A stretch of DNA of 63,990 nt, counting the filler, from Craspedostauros australis (taxonomy: Eukaryota), in NCBI GenBank assembly GCA_030167865.1. It is 8 parts of 8 records of this genome, joined end to end, with 100 filler letters (N's around TTAATTAATTAA, not from the genome) between each part and the next. Parts side by side here need not be neighbours in the genome. Positions count along the whole stretch, not along the records: positions 1 to 2,505 come from JALAGF010000443.1; positions 2,606 to 31,102 come from JALAGF010000445.1; 6 more parts are not named here. One strand, given 5' to 3'. A model generated the notes under the pieces. That model was not told where the DNA came from. It searched no databases and worked only from the letters and a program-made list of their open reading frames with translations. This document shows, piece by piece, positions 1-7,626 of the stretch. Made by a program: the position numbers and the translations under genes. Each line of letters begins with the position of its first letter. Within the stretch, counting starts at the first letter, position 1.

Positions 1-1340
1 TTTTTTTCGAGCTCTTTAAAGTCTCGGCTAATAATTCGTTTAATCTTTGCTTTTTGTTGGTGGGGAATAGTCTTAAAATTATTTAAGAACGCGAATACTG
101 AAAATTGTTTTTTTAACAAAGGGGTACAGAAGGCTTGTAAAATTTTTATTCTTACTTTAAGCTGGTATTTATTGTCATAATTAAGGAAATATTTGGTTAA
201 CGAAAACGGGTAATTGTATAAATAAATTTGTTCCCGGAGGGGAATACGAATCATCCAATAGGAACCTTCTTTTTTGACTTCCACGAAAGGGAAGGTAAAG
301 TAATCCTCCGCGAAAATTTTGGTGGAATGTAGCTGTATAAAATACTCTTTGATCTTGTTAACTTGATAGTATTGATGTGTTGGTATGTTTGCAAATTGCA
401 TGAATTCGATCAATTTAAATTCAGCAATGTAATATTTCTGAGTTAAAATTTGTCTTGTGTAACAAATTTTAATCTTGTCATGACTAAAAGATAAAAATTG
501 CAGCAGCCTGAAAAAATTAACTTGCTCCTCGTCAGTTTCAAAATGACCGTTTTGCAAATATGGTATAAAGAATGAGTTACTGTTGATGTTTGTCTTTTTT
601 CGTCTAATGTGGTCAATTAGCCAAGGTGTATATAGATCATCGTATTGAAGAATTTTCTGTGAGTGTTTATAAAAATGTATAGTTATGATATTTTCAAACT
701 GTTCTGTATCATAGTTAAATAGATGATTTTGAATTCTTTGTATGAACTTTTTTTTTATCTCTAGCTCAAACCGAACTGTCGTAGTAGTCAAGTAAATTCG
801 ATAAAAGTTGGGGCTTTGTCTAGACCCAATAGTTAATTTGAGACCTTTGTTACCGTTTGTATAAGTGTTGACACGGCGTGGGGAGCGACTCCGTATTGCT
901 TGTTGACAATTTTGTAAAAAAAGCTCCAATTTTTCTTGGGAATGCTCGGACGTGTGTTCTTTCGCATAACAAATATCAAATCGTCCTATTGTCATAGAAT
1001 AAGGGTCGAAAATCTGCCAGTCAAACTGTTGAGTTTTTATGAGCTTATAAAGGTAGGCAGCGTTTCTTGCTGAAAAGTTCAAAATTGTACCGATCCAATG
1101 AGGACGAGACTCGGAAGTAAGATCAAAATGGATAAATATAGCAGAAAATGAATACGTCTCGTTGTACACCAGATTTTCAAACCGATTTGAATAGCCGTGC
1201 TCGATTTTAGAATTAAAATGATACTTATTGGACAGGTAGCTTGCGATTTTGGTAATGTGTTTTATATCTGTTAAGCCTTTAAGATTAATCGAGATCCAAT
1301 CAACGGCCAATCCCTTGGATTTAAAACTGAGTTGCTTCAT
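1..1340 (-). CDS. Rep_trans-like replication initiator, diatom plasmid/plastid ORF482/484-like (3' end runs off window)
   Basis: Absent from the ORF track because it has no stop in the window. Manual translation from ATG 1340: MKQLSFKSKGLAVDWISINLKG...IGRFDICY...LTIGSRQSPNFYRIY...VRFELEIK, open to base 1. The motifs DW, RxD, GSR-x-S...RIY and RFELE fit Rep_trans initiators. The N-terminus resembles the ~480-aa ORFs I recall from Cylindrotheca fusiformis pCf plasmids. Confidence 0.75.
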   Translation of the reverse strand, partial: MKQLSFKSKGLAVDWISINLKGLTDIKHITKIASYLSNKYHFNSKIEHGYSNRFENLVYNETYSFSAIFIHFDLTSESRPHWIGTILNFSARNAAYLYKLIKTQQFDWQIFDPYSMTIGRFDICYAKEHTSEHSQEKLELFLQNCQQAIRSRSPRRVNTYTNGNKGLKLTIGSRQSPNFYRIYLTTTTVRFELEIKKKFIQRIQNHLFNYDTEQFENIITIHFYKHSQKILQYDDLYTPWLIDHIRRKKTNINSNSFFIPYLQNGHFETDEEQVNFFRLLQFLSFSHDKIKICYTRQILTQKYYIAEFKLIEFMQFANIPTHQYYQVNKIKEYFIQLHSTKIFAEDYFTFPFVEVKKEGSYWMIRIPLREQIYLYNYPFSLTKYFLNYDNKYQLKVRIKILQAFCTPLLKKQFSVFAFLNNFKTIPHQQKAKIKRIISRDFKELEK

Positions 1341-1437
1341 GATGTCATGATGTAAAATGAAATGTCGTTTACTGCCTCTTTAAGGTCGGTAAAAAGTTGT
1401 TAGGTTATCCAAAACTTTTATTATGCCCTATAACTTA

Positions 1438-1893
1438 CTAGTTGTCATTATATTTTTGCATTTTGGAAAAAGCTTTCTCGATGGAATCCCGAAATTGTTT
1501 TTCTGTGATACCGTCACTTCCGTCTAGGCTGACATCGCAATCTTCAAAAATGCGCGTAATAAGAGTTGAAAAATTATTCGATTTAACGTCAATCGAATAA
1601 TTAGATAACTTGCTTTCAATAAGTTCAAAACTGTCACGGTCTGCACGAAATAATTTGAAAAATTCACTTATAAATCTAATAGTATCAATTTTTTTAGATC
1701 TATAATCTGTTATTAAAGAGAAATATTTATTTCGGCTATTGTAATAGATTTGATCTTCGATGATTATTTGGTAAGTACTTAATTTTACATATTCTTCTAA
1801 ATTTTCATCGTACAAGGATAGTCCACATTTTTCCAACCTATATTGTTTTTTTGCTAATTGGTTGTAATCACGAATGTCAAAAGGTTTATTCAT
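1438..1893 (-). CDS. Colicin D immunity (ImmD)-like helical protein; conserved diatom plastid/plasmid-type ORF
   Basis: 151 aa, acidic C-terminus. YFSLITDYRSKKIDTIRFISEFFKLF...LITRIFEDCD...GITEKQFRDSIEKAF parallels ImmD (LAKLFLASKITAIEFSE...ELFMAAE...EIDDNGLKVEVRSIL, recalled). Starts 8 bp after the stop of the toxin-like ORF. Confidence 0.6.
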   Translation of the reverse strand: MNKPFDIRDYNQLAKKQYRLEKCGLSLYDENLEEYVKLSTYQIIIEDQIYYNSRNKYFSLITDYRSKKIDTIRFISEFFKLFRADRDSFELIESKLSNYSIDVKSNNFSTLITRIFEDCDVSLDGSDGITEKQFRDSIEKAFSKMQKYNDN

Positions 1894-1901
1894 TATATTT
1901 T

Positions 1902-2234
1902 TTATGTGATATTCTGATTCAATAATAAATCTTGTTGTTGTTTTTTATTAAGCTTCCAACCGGACCGTAATCGATAGTTCGAGTTGAAAAAAATATTTCG
2001 TTTTGTTTTTGGGTTGTAAAAATGTGTTCCGTGAAAAGGCGGATTTTTATGTCGGTTGGCCCCAAAAGTACCAGTTTGAGCCTTAGTATCTGGATTTAAT
2101 GCGTGTTTTCGCAAGGCCTGTTGATAAACTCGAACAGCTGATTCAGGCAAAATTTTGGTATCTCTTAAGTAATTTAATCTATCCTTATAAGGCAAAGATT
2201 GAGCATAATTCATAAATGTTAATTTAATTTTCAT
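1902..2234 (-). CDS. Colicin D tRNase-like domain protein (appears N-terminally truncated)
   Basis: 110 aa, basic. YQQALRKHALNPDT-x4-GTF...HFYNPKTKRNIFFNSN-x4-SGWKLN aligns by eye with the colicin D C-terminus FRDAIEEHLSDKDT-x3-GTY...VYFNPNTMNVVIIKSNGEFLSGWKIN. No KKxKH-DFG segment is present upstream. Confidence 0.65.
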   Translation of the reverse strand: MKIKLTFMNYAQSLPYKDRLNYLRDTKILPESAVRVYQQALRKHALNPDTKAQTGTFGANRHKNPPFHGTHFYNPKTKRNIFFNSNYRLRSGWKLNKKQQQDLLLNQNIT

Positions 2235-2248
2235 GAGTGATTTAATTG

Positions 2249-2278
2249 ATTGTATAACATCGTATTATAAATTGTCAA
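2249..2278 (-). promoter_or_regulatory. sigma70/PEP-type promoter (TTGACA-18 bp-TACAAT)
   Basis: Minus strand TTGACA (2278-2273), 18-nt spacer, TACAAT (2254-2249), 14 nt before the ATG at 2234. The AT-rich context lowers specificity. Confidence 0.55.
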
Positions 2279-2447
2279 TCTTTTTTAAACACATTTAATT
2301 ACTATCCGTTTTTATTTATTTTCAGGGCAATAATTTAAGGTGTTATAGCATCAAGTTATTTTTTTAAAATAACCTGAAGAAACGAGGCTTTTAAGACATA
2401 AGTTCAGATAAAATTTCTATAAATAGCTAAAGATTTATACCTGTTTA

Positions 2448-2505
2448 GTCTTACTAGAAATAATCTTACTAAGATGTCTTACTAGAAATAATCTTACTAA
2501 GATGT
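2448..2505. repeat. 28-bp tandem repeat x2 at contig end (internal TCTTACTA x4)
   Basis: GTCTTACTAGAAATAATCTTACTAAGAT at 2448-2475 and 2476-2503; the contig ends 2 nt into a third copy. Confidence 0.85.
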
Positions 2506-2605
2506 NNNNNNNNNNNNNNNNNNNNNNNNNNNNNNNNNNNNNNNNNNNNTTAATTAATTAANNNNNNNNNNNNNNNNNNNNNNNNNNNNNNNNNNNNNNN
2601 NNNNN
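2506..2605. other. Artificial contig linker N44-TTAATTAATTAA-N44 (also 31103-31202, 44614-44713, 50767-50866, 58394-58493, 61477-61576, 62635-62734)
   Basis: The same 100-bp spacer with a six-frame stop core occurs seven times. Confidence 0.97.
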
Positions 2606-3011
2606 GTAGCCGTAGTGAAGGGTTCGGCGTCGCGCGTCAAAAGATTTCGTTCGAGGAGAATGTCCCCCCACGATTTCTCATGGTCATGGCTCCAAATCCA
2701 ACGGATGTCACCCGACTTGGTGTCGTTTTTTGCTCCCTTTTTCCTGCTCGCTTCTCTGGCCTGTTTCCGGCCTCCTCCTCCATGCCCCGCCGCGGCCTTG
2801 GTACCATTGTGACGGCCTCCTCGTCCTGATCGTCCCTGTGCCCTCTGCTGACCTCGGGAGTGCTTTGGGCTGGCTCCACTGGAGCTGTTTGTTGCGTCGG
2901 TGCGCACCATGGTCGATGGTTTTTCTGCGGTAGTAATTGTACACGTTCTACGTAAATTTTTTAGTACCGGTCCTACGTACGTCTTCTCGGTGGAAGGGTC
3001 ACACGGACTAT
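2606..3011. repeat. Dispersed repeat, ~406 bp, matching 31203-31608
   Basis: Contigs 2 and 3 start with the same sequence GTAGCCGTAGTGAAGG...ACACGGACTAT and then diverge; the ORF track gives identical short ORFs in both. Confidence 0.9.
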
Positions 3012-4609
3012 AGGGCCATCATCTGCAATCCCTGCAGGGAGGATTCGTCCAGTCGCTTTTGGACGTTGGCCCATGTGTACCAGTCATACGGAGTTTCGTC
3101 GTCCTCCAAATCGGCATCTTCCAATGGGCCGTCGGGAGGTGGTTCGGTGGCATAGAGAGCATAGAGCGTGAGTACCACGGGACGTCCGTTCGGGGCCAAT
3201 ATGGATACGGGCAAGACCCAGTCCAAGATGTCGGCTTCCTTCTTCGCATCAACTTCGGTGAAGGCTTCCAAGGCGCGCTTTGCTGCTTCCTGCGGCGTTT
3301 CGTTGGGTTTGGGGACCACAGAAGGGATGCGCATGCCCTGCCATTCTCCCTTGAGAGATCGGGCCAAGACGCAGCGATTGCCTCGCAACACCAACGCTCC
3401 AACCTGCCGCTCCCATTGCGAGGGTGGGATGCAACCTAGTGCGGAAACCCCTTGCTCTTCAACGGCCGGTGGAGTCGGCATCGTAACCGTCAGCAAGTCT
3501 CTGGTGACGTCTTCGCAATTGCGTTCGTACTGTTTGGTGTTACGATTCATTTCGACCTTGACCTTTGATACGAAGAGGGACTTCCCAAGCGAATCAAACA
3601 TGTCCGGGTCGTAGGCATAGTTTGCTTTCGCTGTCTCTTCTTCGTCTTCGTCCTCAGCCGGGTCGCGATCTTCGGCCGGGTTGGGGTCTTCGAGGTCGTT
3701 GTTATCGCTCATGGCATGGACCATCCATTGATATGTGTTGGTTGCCTGGCCTTCGTTGCTCTTGGTGGGATCCGCGATCTTTGTTGCTCCCAGTGGCAGA
3801 AGTGCCCGCAATATGCCGACGCGGGCGACCTTGTCATCTGCGGAGTGCACAAGTAGATCGAGATGCGGGCATGATCCTGCATAGCCTGAGGACGATCCTG
3901 ATGACGGCGACGACGGCGGGGACAACGTCTTGCCGGATTTCTTTTTCTTCTTCTTTCGGTCCTTGCGGGTGACGACCCTGTTTTCCACGTGGGCAAGAGG
4001 TTGGCACAGTTCGTGCGGCTTCTGTTGCGTCAGATACAAATTGACGAATTCGGCTGACAAGACGGGATGGGCAAATTGAATACCGCCGATCATTTCGGGA
4101 TCGTATGCGGCGGCTGCTCTCCAGATCTTCCAGATCAACCCGCAAAGCTCCCCGGAGGCCATCAAGGTAACTTGACGCAGCAACAGACGTTGCAGGAGTC
4201 GGAAGATGGATTTACCGAATCCCTTAGTCAACGCTCCGCCGACGTTTGTCTTTTCGTTTGCAGGTTGGCGGAGCTCCTTGTCCAAGGCCTCCAGATACTC
4301 AGCCGTTGTTTCGAACATTGTGCTTACATCAAGCACAAGGAGCCCGCCGCTCACAGCCTTTGAAGAGCGGTTGCTTGACAGAAGCACTTGCTGAGCCGGT
4401 CCCGCGAGTTCGTACATGGGGTGTCGTTGTGGTTGTGATTGTGCTTGCTCTTCGTGTTCCTTCTTGCCTTGCATCGATGCCATCACAAGAATGGTGACGT
4501 TTTCGATGGGCGCGAAGCCCTTGGCCGTGAATGGTCCATAATCACCGACCAAAGCGTGGATGGAAGGCGTCTTCCAGGCCGACTTATCTTCTCGTGCCTT
4601 GCGAGACAT
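3008..4609 (-). CDS. Protein with C-terminal Nudix-like domain, apparently truncated at the repeat junction
   Basis: Likely start MSRKARED at 4609. VGALVLRGNRCVLARS...IPS...ETPQEAAKRALEAFTEV is a degenerate Nudix box. The TAG stop is supplied by the repeat at 2606-3011. Confidence 0.55.
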   Translation of the reverse strand: MSRKAREDKSAWKTPSIHALVGDYGPFTAKGFAPIENVTILVMASMQGKKEHEEQAQSQPQRHPMYELAGPAQQVLLSSNRSSKAVSGGLLVLDVSTMFETTAEYLEALDKELRQPANEKTNVGGALTKGFGKSIFRLLQRLLLRQVTLMASGELCGLIWKIWRAAAAYDPEMIGGIQFAHPVLSAEFVNLYLTQQKPHELCQPLAHVENRVVTRKDRKKKKKKSGKTLSPPSSPSSGSSSGYAGSCPHLDLLVHSADDKVARVGILRALLPLGATKIADPTKSNEGQATNTYQWMVHAMSDNNDLEDPNPAEDRDPAEDEDEEETAKANYAYDPDMFDSLGKSLFVSKVKVEMNRNTKQYERNCEDVTRDLLTVTMPTPPAVEEQGVSALGCIPPSQWERQVGALVLRGNRCVLARSLKGEWQGMRIPSVVPKPNETPQEAAKRALEAFTEVDAKKEADILDWVLPVSILAPNGRPVVLTLYALYATEPPPDGPLEDADLEDDETPYDWYTWANVQKRLDESSLQGLQMMAL

Positions 4610-5686
4610 GATGGGCCCACGGCGATGTGCTTGGCGGAGGCTGCGTTGACGTCGGTGGTGATGTCGAGTGGATGTTGATTGAGGACGATGACAATTGTGG
4701 CTACCCAGTGTCCGGCAGGAAGCGACGAACAACTGCACTCCAGATAGAGTATGTATCTACTCTACTCTACTCTACTCACCCGGATCTGTGGCATGTTGCG
4801 ATGGCGCGACGGCCGATGACAAGCCTGCAACAAGATCGTGCGCATGTCGGTTTGGTGTGTGTGTGCTGACCACGGGAGGAAAGTTGGGAATTTTGGCTTG
4901 TGGTCATCCATGTGAGGGGAAAGCCTCGAGGAGCCTTTGGCCTGTTGTTGCCGCAGATCGGTGCCATGCAAGGAGTGGTGATTGGCAGCAGATCGTCACC
5001 AAGATCGACCATCAACTTTGGGCGCCTCGCGTTCGCGTTGAGTTCCTTTTGTTGTTGTTCGGCGCGACCATTCATCATGGAAGCGGTGAATCTCATGTGT
5101 CGATTGTGACGGATCGTTTGAATCTTGCTGACGTGTTAAATAGCCTGGCGTACATAGATAGAGCCTATTGGACATTTAGCCTGGAATTTTGGGCCTTTGT
5201 GAGGATCGAGAAGAGTTTTCCCAGTCGATCGACGCGACTCCATTAAGCGTGTCCTGAATGAATGTAGTATTTGCCATTGTGTTGCATTCGTAGTCTGCGG
5301 TAATCATATATTTAGATACAATAACGTGGATATATAGCATGCTTGTGCAAGTCGAGACGGAATGAATCAGCAGTACCCTCTCGCTCTCGCTGACTGCTCG
5401 TGGAGCGAGAGAGACAGAGAGAGTATCTACTTCTGTTGGCACCCAGAAGATCACACTAATATTGGGGGGAGGCACCGCGATACATCACACTGAACGAAGA
5501 GGAGAAGTTGGAGAACGCGTATAATAATAAACGTTCTTCGGGGTGGACTCTTCCATTTGCTTTCAGTTGTACGCATTGAGCATATTTTATCTTGGCTCCT
5601 TTCGCGGGTATTTGTCATCACGCGATAGCTTTGCTCTACTGTTTTCCAACATCACTACAAATATGTTCGCAACCGCAATGGTGACG

Positions 5687-6667
5687 TTACAGGTCCTGTA
5701 AACTCACCGCTAGGGCTTGCTTAAGGGCTTCATCCTTGCTGTCATCCTCATCCCGTTCTGCATGCCCAGAATGCTCCATCGCATCGTGTTTGGATAGTTC
5801 CAGAACAGCGGCGAGATCATCCTCCGTCTCAAGCTCTGCATCCTTCATGGATAATTCGAGAACTTCTCTGAGGCGTTCTTCGTCATCCTCCCATCCTGAG
5901 GTCTGCATAAGCCCGACATCTTTCTTGGACAATTCCAATATCTCCTTGATGACATCGTCGTCGTCATCATCATCAGCGTTGCTGTGACTGTTTCCGCCAC
6001 GTTGCTCGGTCTCCATCTGCGACAGCGACATGGCACGTTGCAGATTGGCCTCTTCCTGATCGCACTGGTGGATCTGCTTCTCGTATTCCACGTTCGACAT
6101 GGACATGGCCTTTTTGAGCAGCTTGGTCTCCTTCTTGCGTTGATTTTCGAAACGGATGAAGTCCTCCTTGCTCGCCCGAATGGATTGGTCATGTGCCGCG
6201 GCCTCGGATGGAATCGGGTTGATGGCATGCTGCTTCAAGGCGGTGGGTTTGGGGAGATCGGGCATGTTGTGGAGGTCTTCGATTTCATGACGTGGTTTGA
6301 CGATGATTTTGGTGCCTGGTTGCTGTTGCTGTGGTGCACGCAAGACGACGCCCGAATTGGCCAGCACCATGAAGCTGCCCTTGCCTCGATTGATACGATA
6401 CGTCATGCCACGCTTGACCATCAGCTTTTCGATCCCATTGCGTAAGACCGGACCATCTTGGCCGTGGGCCCCGCTGCCCGTGATGACGAGCACCCAAACA
6501 TTGCCATCCTTGGATTTGAACTTTTTCCGACCTGACGATTTGCTTGTCGTGTTGGTCGTCACAACCTCATCGATGAACTGGGTGAAGCGTCGGATCGATT
6601 CCTGCAGACGGTAGCCATGAAGATCAAGCTCCGCGACGACGGAAGGTGTGCCATTGGCTGCTTGCAT
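5687..6667 (-). CDS. Smr-domain endonuclease with C-terminal ubiquitin-interacting motifs
   Basis: N-terminal LDLHG...VITGSGAHG...GPVLR (Smr). Repeated acidic-LxxAxxLS motifs (EEANLQRAMSLSQME, EDDLAAVLELSKHD, DEALKQALAVSLQD) match UIMs. Confidence 0.8.
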   Translation of the reverse strand: MQAANGTPSVVAELDLHGYRLQESIRRFTQFIDEVVTTNTTSKSSGRKKFKSKDGNVWVLVITGSGAHGQDGPVLRNGIEKLMVKRGMTYRINRGKGSFMVLANSGVVLRAPQQQQPGTKIIVKPRHEIEDLHNMPDLPKPTALKQHAINPIPSEAAAHDQSIRASKEDFIRFENQRKKETKLLKKAMSMSNVEYEKQIHQCDQEEANLQRAMSLSQMETEQRGGNSHSNADDDDDDDVIKEILELSKKDVGLMQTSGWEDDEERLREVLELSMKDAELETEDDLAAVLELSKHDAMEHSGHAERDEDDSKDEALKQALAVSLQDL

Positions 6668-7626
6668 TTGTGATTGTCCGTGATCTTGGGCTTGGCTTTG
6701 GTCTCGCTGCTGTGCTTTGCGCCTTATCCCCCGATCAAATGTCTCCCATCTCGTGTGAAACGAATGAATGGCGCCGCTTTGCTGCTAACACCAATGCTAA
6801 CACCGATGCTGATGCTGATACGAACTAGTGTGAACGATCGATAGGAGCTTTGCCAGTGGCGTGCACCTGCTCAGTATTCATGAAGTGTTGCCGTTCTCTG
6901 TCTGTCCTGCCACGATGATCGGCATGAAATCGTGGAGACTCCACAGGAGAGAGGTCTCTGCCGTGTCCTTCTCCTCTCTTTCCTTTTGTGTTTGTGGGTG
7001 TGTGCATGTTATCATTTTTTACTTTGGTTGATTGGTATGAGTTCGTCGTGTTTCTTCTTCCTCGTGTGAGTTCTGACGTCATCAGCAACCCAACAGACAA
7101 CGTACCTACAGGAGGCAAGGTATGTAGCTCACAGGAGTGTAGAGTAAGAGCAGAATACCACACTAATACCTCGTATGTGCCATAGTCGTACTCCAGACTT
7201 TGTATAGTATAATATGTATGGCACAAGGCGACACAGCAGATGCTACGGTTTTCTCGGCGGCCCTGTCTGTCCGGGGTGGGTGGATAGAGTAGTGTGCAGC
7301 CGAGTCGACGCGGTCTTCGTAGGTATGCTGTCGCATCATGGGCATGGTACTATACCATACAAGGCCGATACCACAAAGTGCGATCGAACGAAAGTGGACG
7401 AAGATGTTCAAATGCTTTACATTGTATTTTACGCCCAAGAATAAATCCATCCGTTCATAGGATACATATTTATGATATGTAGGATGATGATGGAGGGTGT
7501 CCTGAGGCATGTATCTTGTTCTTCGTCTGGCTCTGGCTCTTCGAGTTCTTGCCTTGTTTCTGTCTCTCCTGTGCGCTTCTCTGCACCTACCTTGCTACCA
7601 GTAACTTCGCTGGCTTATGAGTACGC

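Noticed and set aside
2254..2266. ATAACATCGTATT resembles a loxP half-site
   Set aside because: Two mismatches, no matching inverted half-site, and AT-rich context; it is the promoter spacer.
2448..2505. 28-bp repeat as a possible CRISPR array
   Set aside because: Copies are directly adjacent with no spacers and no cas genes are present.
2506..2605. TTAATTAATTAA palindrome flanked by Ns, seven times; ORFs that cross these gaps
   Set aside because: Artificial concatenation linker; neighbourhoods and X-containing ORFs across it are not biological.
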